NCBI GenBank assembly: GCA_040437565.1
Contig: JBDOQK010000015.1
Location: 186,001 to 250,000 of the forward strand
Reading direction: 5' to 3'
Origin: Albugo candida
Lineage: Eukaryota
Length of the DNA stretch: 64,000 nt
A program made the position numbers and the translations under genes. This document shows, one piece after another, positions 20,831 through 33,734 of this stretch. Under the pieces are notes generated by a model. It ran no database searches and was not told where the DNA came from. It saw only the letters and a program-made list of their open reading frames with translations. Position 1 is the first letter of the stretch. Each line of letters starts with the position of its first letter.

Positions 20831-23103
20831 ATGGGAAAAAAGAATGCTCAAAAATCGAATGGGAAGAAAAGAGAGTTGAGTAAATCGGAACGAATAGAAG
20901 CAAAAAAAGCCAAACAGGCAGAAAAAAGTCTCAAGAAGGTCAATAAGCAGCAAGATGAAGAGAACATTGAGGCCATTTTGCAAGAATTCATGCAAAAAGA
21001 TGCTCAGAAACTTGAAATCACCATCGAAATAGTCCAACAACCGAGCCCACGAGGCAACTTTTCGATGACAATGCTTCCGAATGGAGAAATTATGGTTTTT
21101 GGTGGCGAGTATTTCGACGGAGATGTAAATGTCTGTTATAACGAGCTATTTCGCTGGAATTTGGACAGTAATCAGTGGCGATATATTTCTTCTCCCAATA
21201 CGCCTCCACCGAGATGTAGCCATCAAGCCGCAATATTTCGTGATCATCTGTATATATTTGGAGGCGAATTCGCCACTACCGATCAGTTTCATCATTATCG
21301 GGTATATTTAATACTTCAGATATCGATGTTCATGAAATTAAGTGTTATGTATAGGATTTGTGGAGAATCAATCTGAAAACGAATGCCTGGGAACAAATGG
21401 ACGAAAAGGGAGGTCCTTCAGCTAGAAGCGGACATCGTATGGTCGTATGGAGAAATTACTTGGTTGTTTTCGGTGGCTTCTATGAAGCTGCTCGAGAAAC
21501 AAAGTATGTGCTTTTTGAAACCATTTTCATCTCATCCAAGACTAACCATCTGTTCTTGCGGATGGATAGATGGTACAATGATATATATTTATTTAATTTG
21601 GTAGATTTCAAATGGAAAAAAGTGACTTACTCAATCCACAAATCGGTTCCAATGCCTCGAAGCGGATGCCAACTTGCGGTTCATCCATCAAAAGATATCA
21701 TTTTTATGTATGGTGGATATGCCAAAATCAAAGAAGTCGGAGTCAAGTCTCAAGGCAAAGTTTTCTCAGACCTTTGGGCTTTACAAATGGCTCCAGTACT
21801 GAAGAAACAAGATCCCACGTGGGAAAAACTGACCAAAAAGGGTCATGCACCCTCGCCAAGAAGCGGAGCAACCCTTGCTGTCCACAAGCAGCGATTCATT
21901 TTATTTGGAGGAGTCCATGACGAAGAGCAACATCGCCATACAATTCAAAGCACATTTTTCGCTGACTTGTTTGTGTACGATATGGATCGACGTCGATGGT
22001 TTGAGTTTCAACTTCGGCAGAAGAAAGCAAAGGATGCAAAAAAGCGACGTAAGCAAAAAGCTTTGGTCGCTGATCCTGAAACGTGCGACAGCGATGCTGG
22101 AAGTGACGAAGACGATTTTGAAAAAATGCTGGAAGAACAGTTTGGATATGTCGATGAAGAAGGAAATATAGTGTATATTGAAAACAGCGAAGGAGAAGAG
22201 GAGGAAAAGTCAGCAGAGAAGGAGCCTCAACATAATATCACAGGTGAAGTGATAGAGGACGAAGCGGTGCCGATGATATCGGAAGACATCCCTCCATCAG
22301 CCGAGGACAGTCAGGGGCTTGAAGAAACGATACCGGATCAGGTAGAAGCTCGAAAACCATGTCCTCGCATCAATCCTGCACTGTTCATTCGTGGTAGCAC
22401 CATGTTCGTTTACGGAGGAATGGTGGAAGATGGTGATCGTGAGATAACGCTTGATGATTGCTGGTCTTTGGATCTTAAACGGCTTGACGAGTGGAAAGAA
22501 ATTTTGCCAGGAACGGTATCAGATCAAATCTGGAAAGGTACGACCAGTGAGACAGAAGACTCTTTTGACGAGGAAGATAGCGAAGAAGATGATGACCAAG
22601 GATCAGAACACAATATTGACATCGATGTTGATGGTCTGACCGCACAATCAAAAGATCTCACGATCGATGAAAGTGTACCACACGTGAATACCAAAAAATC
22701 TCACGCAAAGAAGGACCGAAAAGCGATCCGGGCCGAGATGGAAAAGCTCCAAGAACAACTCGATCTAGATGACCGGGACCGAACACCGCAGCTAGGAGAG
22801 AATCTGCGAGACTTTTTCGCACGTACATGCCACTACTGGGCCGAACAAATAGCCAATTTACCGGATGCTGTTGAAAGACAACTCACCGTCAAAGAAATGA
22901 AACGCGAGGGATTCGATCGGGCGGAGCAACGATATAACGAGCTACAAAACGGTATGATTCATCGTTGATATTGCCAACCAAACTTTGTCTCACTTCACTC
23001 ATCCACACTAGTATTGGAACGACTGAATGAGCTAGAATTGCAGCAAAAAGAAGCTGAAGAATGCCAACAGCATAAGAAGAAGACCAAACAGCGCCGATCC
23101 TGA
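20831..23103 (+). CDS. KLHDC4: Kelch-domain protein, KLHDC4/Kel3-like, multi-exon
   Basis: PSPRGN, FGGEYFDG, PPPRCSHQA, FGGEF...QFHHY and PSARSGHRM; acidic tracts; C-terminal TPQLGENLRDFFART. Confidence 0.88.
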
Positions 23104-23129
23104 AAGAATTAGAATAATCCTCGATCTGT

Positions 23130-24132
23130 TTAGCCGAATAATCTTTTTAAGAAACCAAAATTTTGCTTTGGCTCCAAAAATTTCATCTCACGTGTATCGC
23201 CTAAAAATCTTGCAACCGCATCATCAAAAGCTATCGCTGCCGGTTCACCAGTTGCAGTTATCACGGGTTGGCCCATATTAGAAGATGTGAGCACATGAGC
23301 GCTCTCGGGTATGACGCCTAAAACAGAGAGTCCGAGCATCTCCTCGATATCCTAAAACTCAACGTAAGTCATCACAACTTGCACGAAATGCGTGATTATC
23401 TCACATGTACTGACAGACATTCATCACTCTTGACACGATTGGCATCATAGCGATTGATCAGCAATGTTTGGTGCACAGGTTGACGATTTTCGATAGCCCG
23501 TAGAGAGCTGCTGGATATGTAGCCAACCATTTTATCCGAGTCTCGGCAAGAAGATATTTCTGGATTCGTCACAATAATTGCCTCGTCTGCAAAATACATG
23601 GCATGTCTAGCGCCCGACTCAATGCCTGCCGGCGAATCACAAATGATATAATCGAATTGCTGCTTCAAATCGTCCAATACTTTCTCCACACCAGCCTCTG
23701 TGAGCGCTTCTTTATCGCGAGTCTGACTTGCCGCGAGGAGGGATAAATTTTCTAATCGTTTATCCTTAATCAATGCTTGATTTAATCGACAATTTTTTTC
23801 AATAACGTGAATAAAGTCGAAAATAACTCGGCGCTCACATCCCTTTCCAAAGTAGTAACATGAGAAAACAAATAAAGCTGGCAAATGATCAAATATTGTA
23901 CCAAATGCAAATCCAAGTTACGTAATCCAATGTCGAAATCGATCAGACATGTTCGGTATCCGCGCTCGGCTAAACCGTACCCGATACTTGCAGTTACTGT
24001 TGTCTTCCCAACACCACCTTTGCCAGAAGTTACAACAACTACACGACCGGACTGCGTATCCGCTGTTATCGTACTTGACAGACGCGCCAAGCGAATGGAT
24101 TTGGCAACAGTTGAATGCGCAAATCGACGCAT
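23130..24132 (-). CDS. minD: Septum site-determining protein MinD, nucleus-encoded, with mitochondrial-type presequence (3 exons)
   Basis: [59 protein letters not shown]-terminal amphipathic FGFLKRLFG. Confidence 0.95.
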
Positions 24133-24225
24133 ACTTGTTCGTCCGAATTTAACCTAATTTGGTGTGAATAAGCATGTTTAGGATCGAGTACATCATTCTG
24201 CAAACCCGTCAAAGGCAACTTCAAC

Positions 24226-26902
24226 ATGCACGTCACGCCCAATCGCATTGGAAGCTGCAAGACACGATCGCCTGTCTGGGCTTATTTTGATAACTCGGGC
24301 TATGATACCAATGGAATTTCATTGAGAAAAGTGAGGCGCTGTCGATGTCTGTTCTGCAATCAAGTAATGAAAGCCGCACCTGATCGAATGATGCGACATA
24401 TCATCAAAATTTGCCCAATCGTCGATGAATTTGACCGAAAAGCATTACTTTCTGGAGATGAAAATGCGTTACTGTCTTCGAGAAAGGCTAGGCTGGGCGA
24501 TTCTATTCAGTATCACACCAGTGATTCGCAGTTGGTGGCTATCAAGTGTGAGCGTGATGGTGATATCGAAGAGAAAAGTTTTTTCCAAAGTAAACAAGAA
24601 GAAATATCCGCTCCTTCTCGAAATGCGCTCCAGAAAATTGATATGAACATTGGCTTTCAGCGGGCTCCTGAAGTCGAAGTAGGCGAGCTAGCGCGTTATA
24701 CAACTGTCAATGGAGAAGATGACGTCAGCAATCAACGCAACAATGTCGTTGATAAAGAGTACGATTGTACTATTGAACCAGATAATGCTTTGCATAAGAA
24801 AAGACCGAAAGAATGCGTTCAGGAGGCGCAAAATGTGCTATCGAAGAAGCGTCGTACTGATGCTTACGTGCCAAGATCTTTGAACGTCAAAACTCGGACA
24901 TTAGCACCTTTCCATTTGAGAATGACTTCTGATAAAAATAATGATCAAAATGGAGGATCCTTGTTGGAGTCACTGATTCTAGCATGCATCTCAGAGAATG
25001 TCTCGTTTGACTTTTTATCGAATGGGCACTTCTGCAAAGCTTTACATGATCACTTTGGCGTATCCAGAAATTTGGAGCTGTCCACTCACATCAAGTTGTT
25101 CACCCAACAGCTTTACTCTCGAGTTGAAACTTCAGTGCGTTCGATCAAAAGTAATGGTGCATTCCTCACACTTGTTTGCTCCAAGGAACTACAGAACAAT
25201 AGTGAGACCTTCCTCAAGTATGTTTTGATGGATGAGAAAGGAAATAATGAATTGGTTTACTTCGAGCCAATAGCAAATTTGGAAGGAGCATCCGACACTA
25301 TCCAGAATATCACAATCTCTGTTTTAAATAAGCGCATCTCTGGAATTGCATTTAGTTGTCAGAAGGCGGTTCATGTTTGCCTTCGGGGATTTCCAGTTAG
25401 CTTTACAAATCAGCTTCCCTGTACGCAGGTGCCGTTCTCAAGTGTTCGATTCGGTGGTGTCTGCATGATCCAACATACAAATTGTCTGCTCAGAGATACA
25501 TTGTATCCTGCTAAAGGTTTCGCAAGCGTCTTATCCATAGCGACCCAGCTTGCTTTGCTGACGAATGACCTCAGGCTCAGTACAGATTTGAGACAGTCTC
25601 CTGTCCCGCTTCTAATGGTACCTCAGCCTTCGAAATATGGATGGTTTGGATATTATCTGCTACTTCTTCAGGTACAACAATCTCAAGCAGATGTATTATC
25701 AAAATTGCATCAATCACTTTCAATTGACGACGACAACTTAGCGAGACAGAAAATTCGTAGCATTCAGCGGAAACACGAGCATTTTTGGCAAGAATTACAC
25801 ACGTATGTCGAAGTTCTACGACCCGTTGCAGTAGCCGATGTTCTTAATCACATCAGTACATTCCAGAGATGTCTCAAATCAGAATGGGACATCGTACGAA
25901 ATCTTGACTCACGCGGATTGGGTACGTTGTCCTGTGGGATATACCTATGCATCGATTTATGGATGTATATCGTGGTACACATGTGTGAGCATGTCAACGA
26001 TGAGTTCAAACTTGGGTGGAAACGAGTGTTCTGGAGAAGGTTGAAATCTGAGATTACCGAACATCATATCGCCGCTCTGGTATTAGATCCTCGAACACGT
26101 GGAGTTGGCCTCAGTGGCACTGGCCGTCGTGCAGCTCGATCTTGTGTGATGAATATAGCTCGAAGATTTTGTCAAAGTAAGGGTGAAACTCTAGATATTG
26201 CCGAGATCGTAAACCAGTTATCAGATTATATGAGCAAGAAAGGCATTTTTGCGGATTCAAGCATTTGGCAAGAAGTTTTTACAATGCAGCCCATGGCATT
26301 TTGGAATGATTTCTCAGACGCACCACAATTACAATCGGTGGCACAACTTGTCTGTGGTTATGTACCTTACAAGCCTCTGTCTGCATCCTTCATAAATACG
26401 GATCTCTTGTGGAAAGGAGAAGATATTTCAAAGATGGAGCAGATTCGATATCATATCAGCATGAAATGTGAACTGGAGTCAGATATGCTGAAGTATTTCG
26501 ACTCATTGAAAAACATTTTGGGCTACCTGCTTTCGCCCCATTCAAGTGCACACTCTGTAAGACTAACGCCTGTTGACTCACATGTATTTGTTCATCGTGT
26601 TACTGCAGGAATACGCAGCGCCGGACATCTCTTCTTTGGAACAATACTGTACAGGAGAAGTGGAAGTGGACGATTTTGAAGCACTAGCGGAAAATTACAC
26701 ATCAAGTTTCACAAAACAGTTAACGGCAGTCGATAGCATGTGCGCCAAAATCGGATACTGTGAAAATACCGAAGTAAATGCATCCGCTGATCAGCAATTC
26801 TGTGAGTCTTGGGTGGACCTCACCAATCTCGGACTCTGCAATATCGCTGACACATTTTCGAGCATTTATCGATACCTTTCTGCGTTCAATTTAGGTGGAT
26901 GA
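24226..26902 (+). CDS. BED zinc-finger protein with degenerate hAT transposase-like body (probable intron near 26570-26608)
   Basis: RSPVWAYF...CRCLFC...RMMRHIIKIC (BED), AALVLDPR, and PMAFW...PQLQSVAQLV (hAT C-terminal-like). Confidence 0.7.
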
Positions 26903-26978
26903 ACCTTTGCTGAAGTATTTTTTTGTTGTCAGGAATAGAGTGGGGCTTTTACAACTCAATCACTCAAACTTTGATGTA

Positions 26979-28064
26979 TTATTTTACCTTCGATTTTTCC
27001 AGTTTCCAAGCAGCTGGAAAGTTGTACAGTTGTCGAATTATGTTGAGGTCCCCAGGGCTCAACCGAACCCGCTGCCCAAGCGATTCCGTTTTTGTCTTAT
27101 CGCAGTCTCCTTCCTTCGCTGGTCTGCAATTAGTATCGTTGATACCACAGATCTTCTCTTTTGGGTTAAGGCAATTCCCTGCTTTCATGTCTTCATTTGG
27201 TTTACAATCCCTTTTCCTAACACACACTCCCTGGCTTGCTGGATACATCTGTACGCTTAGCAAATCAAAAGGTCCACCTATTGATTGATAGTCTTTCACA
27301 AGATCTGGCCACATTTCGGGCTTGATCTTATCTAGAAAGAATAGAACTGTTCGAAGCGGGTGCTGGAGTTCATGAAGCATTTTGAGGGAATGACCAAGTT
27401 CGTGCAATGCTGTCCCATAAGCTGCTCTCATGGGCAGAGCCTCTTCAAAACATCTATCAGATAGATTCATCACATGGACTCCAAGACCCTTATTGTAACC
27501 AACGACACTATTACAATCTCTTCCAGACTGAGGACGTCTGAGTTCTATATAGTCTCTACACTTATTACAGTAATCAACCGGTTCGTTCTTGCAACCATCG
27601 CGTGGAAGGAAGCGTACAGCAGTTGGGCTTTCTATCATTTTCATAGCTTTGATGATTTGTTGACGTTGGAAATCGTTAAATAGAAGCTGCTGACTGAATT
27701 GATAGCATGCAACACCATGCGGCCATATATTCGCAGGGGATCTGGTCGCAAGCGAAAGTTTGCGACGTTCGCTGTTGCTGCTTGTCTTATTGAGGAGTTC
27801 GTGCAAATTATTTGGGCATTCTATGGCTTTGCCATGAGACTCGAAGCTTCGTTTCTGAACACATGTAAGGACTCTGTTTCGGCATGTGACAAATTCCTCC
27901 GGCGCATATGTTTTAATGTTGTAATTTTGCATCAAATGTGAGCCTATTCGGCAATGATAATTCTCTCCGATGTTTGGCGATTCGCCCTCAGCGTGAAGAC
28001 CTCGTAAGCACACAAAAAGCATCAGTAAGCAGAAGCTACGACAGCCTGGTGTACTCATAGCCAT
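26979..28064 (-). CDS. Secreted astacin-like (M12A) metalloprotease
   Basis: Signal peptide, IWPHGVACY, CNSVVG, HELGHSLKMLHE, FDLLSVQMY and LGQRVRLSPGD; no introns. Confidence 0.85.
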   Translation of the reverse strand: MAMSTPGCRSFCLLMLFVCLRGLHAEGESPNIGENYHCRIGSHLMQNYNIKTYAPEEFVTCRNRVLTCVQKRSFESHGKAIECPNNLHELLNKTSSNSERRKLSLATRSPANIWPHGVACYQFSQQLLFNDFQRQQIIKAMKMIESPTAVRFLPRDGCKNEPVDYCNKCRDYIELRRPQSGRDCNSVVGYNKGLGVHVMNLSDRCFEEALPMRAAYGTALHELGHSLKMLHELQHPLRTVLFFLDKIKPEMWPDLVKDYQSIGGPFDLLSVQMYPASQGVCVRKRDCKPNEDMKAGNCLNPKEKICGINDTNCRPAKEGDCDKTKTESLGQRVRLSPGDLNIIRQLYNFPAAWKLEKSKVK

Positions 28065-31000
28065 ATTTTAAATGTTTATTATGGATCACTAGAGATAATC
28101 CGTTTATAATCGATCAAACTTTGGGGCCTTGATTATCGTTCAAGAAGTATAAAATAAAATAACCAAATTTAATAGTGCGGGCTAGACACGTCACGTCCCT
28201 CCTTTTGCCATCTGACTACGTGACACGATTCCGTGGACAACCTCATGATGCAGGGATCGAAGGGTGTACCCTTTTCTAAACGTGTAGAATTAGGTCCTAA
28301 CCAATCAGGTACGATTGTTGTGTACATTTATGCGTCAGCAATACGCAAACTCAGTCAAGTAAGCGGTTTGTAAATATCGTAAAGAATCGGTGCTGATACG
28401 CCTGCTAGAGCATGATCTGTCGCACACCTGATGATGAGATGGCAGTCATGCATTCAGACATGAAAGAAAAGCTATGAGGTTGGCCGCGACAACACGCTCA
28501 TTTGCTTGTACTGTTTCCAGTATATAGGTGTCCATCATTCAATAACACGCGTTTTGTTACCGGATACAGCAAATTATATGCAATTAAGACCTAATATTAT
28601 CAACCAAGTTCATTCAGATTGTCATGCATTAGTCAGAAACTTCCCGGTCATCACGAAATTGCGGTGGCCACGTTGCCAAAGTGATGCACCTCCGCATGTG
28701 CATTGGATTCAGATCTTACACATCATATACAATCGTCAGTTGTGCTGAACACAAGCGCAATCTGATGGATCCTAGCCAGCTTTGTACACGTGTCGGTAAA
28801 AGCGCAAGACGGAGCAGGACGTCCCCTATTCCCAGCGTCTAGATCTGACGCTATGGAAGCTTCACTGTGAAGAGAATAATCGTTTATTCTAGTCAGTACT
28901 TTCATGCTCGTGAATGCGGACACGTTTTGGTGCAGGTCAATACAAGAAACTCTGTCGACCGGCTCGACTTCGATTCCAAGTCATCGTAACTCAACATCGT
29001 TAGTTTGTTAAAACGCTCAAACGAATTCATCCAGCAAGTAACGTACGTCACCATCGCATGCTGCTCGTGGAACACACCGAGTATAGACGTGGACACATGA
29101 TCTTGAAATGATAGGTCTGATATCGATCTCAGTGTAAGGCAATGCTGAATCTTCCATATTTGAGCTTTATTGATCTTGGAGAACCTCAGACACGTACAAT
29201 GCACGCCTGGACGTCATTGTGAGCATCCAAGCAAGATTTTTACGTAAATTTATCCGATTAATATTAGCGGTATTGTTCTCATTTGCAGCGCCCTCCTTCA
29301 TTTAGACTGCAGGGAAAAAGTGCCACATAATTCGATACATCTCTACAGAAATGAGTTTTGGAAAGTTGCATCTCATTTGACTCAATAAAAAAAACTACGC
29401 AAGCCGCCGATATCAGCGAAATTCTCAACAGCTGATCATTTAGACGTACTTCGACGACACATAAATAGTCTTTGCTCTAGCAAGTCTCTACGTCGCATTT
29501 TAGACCCCTTCGACGGGTAACACCGCCCCCACGAATGCACCCCCAGTGATAAGGCATAAGCAGACATTCTCTGACAAGGAACGCACACGTTTTGCAACAG
29601 TATCAGGCTGTTCTATTAGCAAGGTCACGTAGGTATTATGGTGAAGGTATACCTTTACCGATCAGAGAGGATGAGTCATCAGGAGCATAGATAAGACTCA
29701 TTGGGATGGGTGTACGTGTCATGAACACTGACCCTCCGTTCTCACTGCTACAACTGATTGTTCTTGCTACTTTATGGATCAGTCGAGTGTTTTCTCTGCT
29801 GATTCGAGTCACGCTTCCACCATTTCTATTGTCCGAATTATTCAGCGCAGAACGTTTGTATCTAAACCATCCAAAATACTGCACGAATTTGATAACCTAA
29901 GGTCTTGTATCCTCTTCCACATGTAGCTTATCTTGCCTGGAGAACACGCTTTCGCCATCAAGGTGTGCCACTAGAGAACATACCACGCCGATAAAGTTGG
30001 AACGATTTTATTCCGGTTGCATGTTCGAACAGGAAGAAGCAGCACCGCGCTACGATACAGATGCTTACCGAGCATTTTTGGAAATGCTGGATTGACCGAA
30101 TATGACAATGGACTTGCGACTGACTTCGCCCAGCTTCTCTCTCCCGTTCCATTTTGAGCGAAGAAGCGATTTTATTGTGTCCACAGTGATCATAATCTGC
30201 AGCCGCTTTACAGTGTGTATGGTGCGAAATGTCTTGCAAGTGTCTAGACTAGAGATACTCCNNNNNNNNNNNNNNNNNNNNNNNNNNNNNNNNNNNNNNN
30301 NNNNNNNNNNNNNNNNNNNNNNNNNNNNNNNNNNNNNNNNNNNNNNNNNNNNNNNNNNNNNGATTGACCGAATATGACAATGGACTTGCGACTGACTTCG
30401 CCCAGCTTCTCTCTCCCGTTCCATTTTGAGCGAAGAAGCGATTTTATTGTGTCCACAGTGATCATAATCTGCAGCCGCTTTACAGTGTGTATGGTGCGAA
30501 ATGTCTTGCAAGTGTCTAGACTAGAGATACTCCATCAGCTGCGTCTAACAGAGATCTAGATAAGAGCAAGAAAGCAACAGCCTTACGCTTCATTTGTGCG
30601 ACTTACCACAAGCTATACCCTTGCTGTAGACTACAGGTCGATTCTTGCTCAATTATCTGTACTTTTACTGTGGCAAACAATAAAAACTATGCGTTCGTAC
30701 ATCAATTTTGATTGAAATAACCATGTGTTCTTCATGGGATACTTTCCTGTCTTTATGTATTGGGGCCGATTCTGGACATGAGTCGCTCCATCAATATCTT
30801 TGTATGCATTGACGAGGCACGACAGATATAAACCGCGAGTTTCGCACGTGAAAGCGAAGTTCGCAGCACGGAGCCAGGCCTCATCTGAAGGACACCCTGA
30901 CAATCGGCTGAATCAAATCAATTGATATAGTTCGTCGTAAACCTCATCACATTCATACGAGATGAAGGACAGCCTCGTAATGTAATTGCGATCTTGAAGC

Positions 31001-32799
31001 TGTGGAACGTAAGCGTAAATCTCGCAGTCAATGAATGATATCGAACACAGGGAAGAAGGTAGCAGTTCTGGAACAAGAATCTGAACTCAATATCGCTTTT
31101 CAGGCCATATCGAATTGGTTGGCAAAGCTGTGATGTATCTCTACTGACAAAAATAAATAGTCTCATTATCTTGTTGATTTCAATGATGTCAAAAGTTTTC
31201 CGTATTGTCTATGCGTTTTTTACTATTTCCAGCAAGAGAAAATCAATGGTAATGCTTTGAAGTCTTGGTTAATATGGCAGGGATTTTACCTCATCCAGCA
31301 CTCAACTCCACATATCACCATCGCAACTGCTTGCATTGTCTATTAAGCAAGACATTATCGTATTGATAGAAGAATTGTACGCTATCGAAGATTCATACTC
31401 GCCTGAACGAGATCCATAATAGGCACCATCCAGAATGACTTTGATGTGGTTATGTACAACCATATGCATGTCGTTGTCAACTTCCTAGATTCTTTTTGCA
31501 AACACCTCCACAACACTGGAAACTTTGTATACGAGATGACCGAGTCAGCTCGCCTGCGACATAATACGACTTGATATCAGCATCACTCAACGATTTCTCG
31601 TGAACGTCTGCTATTCCTGATCAGCCACATGCGCAATTCTGTTCCAGCATCAATTCTTTTTTCAAACAAATTCGTTCATGCTTTTGTACGTCTAGTGGCA
31701 CCATTTATATCTCCTCAACCACAAATCGCTAAGCGCGCCGGCTGCGTAGAACATTAGATTGCTGACAAAAGTAAAGTTGAAGCGCTTTTGTAAATATAAA
31801 ACACCCTTCACGGACTCTACCACTTCGACGATGTCTTCAATGGATCAAGCTGGCCACTACGATAGAAATGTTGTGAACTCTTCGACGCTGTCGTGCTCGG
31901 GTATCGGCTACCAAAAACGAATTGACTCTCGATATAGCAAAGACCTTTCGACAAAGCAAGATTGTAGCACTTCTCCATCTCAATGAAGTGTCAGATCGCT
32001 AAGTCCGAGGTTCGCATCCATTATAGTATGACGGAGCCTTTAGACGCACTTGCCAAGTGCGTGTGTACTCAGAAGAACGACAAATACCATCGTTAGCGGC
32101 GGCAGCTACAGAGGAACATCGGAGTATCGCTGGATGTTTCCTGTCCTAGAGCAAAATCACGGCTTGTTTCCAATCACTGCATGTGGTCTGCGTGAACTAC
32201 GAGGAGAAATTGTACCTCAGTACCAGCGTTAAAGCACAGTGTTTTTTTAGCTTGGCGCCCGAAATACGAGGTACAATCTCTGTGTTGCGATCGTTCCGAT
32301 TACAGGGTAGCGTTTAAATGCCATTTTGTATCGACTACTTCTTTCGCGCACGTTGCGTTAGACAATAAGTCGCTTGTCAATAAGCTGAACCATAGATCTT
32401 ACTCACGCTTATAATAGTATCCAGTATCAGGAACAATATTCCTCTGCAAAAATCACCTTTTAGCACCTGAGCTTAGGATTGTTTGATTTTAGCCGATTAA
32501 CGCTATGACAGAATTGGCAGACACCGGATTCATTTACATTACAGAGCCGGTAAAGCACGTAGAAATATCTATTCGATACAATGACTCGCCTCTAGTCTCC
32601 GATTTTTACTGAGGCTCGGTGCGACTTGGAAGCATATTTTTGCTTCTGGACCATTGCATTCTGAATGACTCAAGTATCATACCCGCCTCATGATGCGATC
32701 CCCGTGCCTCCTTACGTCACGCACACTCAAATATCTGCGGAGCGCATCTATTATTCCATCTTGATAATCAAATGCGAATGAAAAAGTGTGATAACTGAT

Positions 32800-33676
32800 A
32801 TGGAATCGACGGCTTTGGTCCAATTGTTTCCCAGCTCCCACGATAGCACCAATCTCAATGAGAAAGCGGAGGTGTTGGTGTTTGGAACGACTAAATTGAC
32901 TCTCTCATTGCTGCTAGTACGAATTGCTACTACTTTGATTGTGTTTATTTAAAAGTGTTGCATTCTATAGAAAGAAGAGGAATTAGCACCACTTTTCTCT
33001 GGGGCTGCATGGGCGGGCACGGTCGTGTGGGATGCTGCGATATATCTTACCCGTTACTTCCTGCATCACTATGGCACGGAGCTGCGCAATGCATTGCGAT
33101 CCACGCGAGTCCTAGAGCTAGGAGCCGGCATGTACGTGTTCTGCTCCAACAAATTTGTGATTCTCGATGCTTTTCTACTCTAGAGGCGTTCCTGGAATGG
33201 CCGCGCGAATTGCTGGAGCGGATAGTGTCATTTTGACAGAGCAAGAAGATCTTGTGGATCTTATTCATCGCAATATAAAATCCAATGCCAACGCTTTAGG
33301 CGTCCACCCCGCAAACGACAAAAAAGAACAAGCAATTGTCGGTCGTGTTTTATCGTGGGGGAAAGAATCGATAAATACTTATCTGAAAACATATCATGAC
33401 GAGCAAATTGACTTTGTTCTTTCATGTGATTGCATCTTCGAACCACTATACGGTGATTCGTGGAAGGCTTTGGCGATAACAATGCAGGAAATCTGTGAAT
33501 TAAATCCCGAGTGCAGTGTGTTTCTATCTGTAGAGCGACGAAAAGAAGATGGCGTGGATAGATTTTTAGAGCACGTTGATGCAAGCACCAGTTTAGTCTC
33601 AAAATTGCTGGAAAAGTCTATTGGATCAGCAGAGAATTTGTTAGAAATCTATCAACTCAAGCTGCAAAAAATATAA
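32800..33676 (+). CDS. METTL21/family-16 protein lysine methyltransferase, multi-exon
   Basis: WAGTVVWDAA, RVLELGAG, VILTEQ, LSWG and VLSCDCIFE. Confidence 0.85.
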
Positions 33677-33734
33677 ATTCCGTGACTAATTACACACAAA
33701 ATGATAACAGCAAGTGCCGATCAGAGCCTATATT

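Noticed and set aside
30090-30533. 172-bp direct repeat that looks LTR-like
   Set aside because: It flanks an N-gap exactly; assembly artefact.
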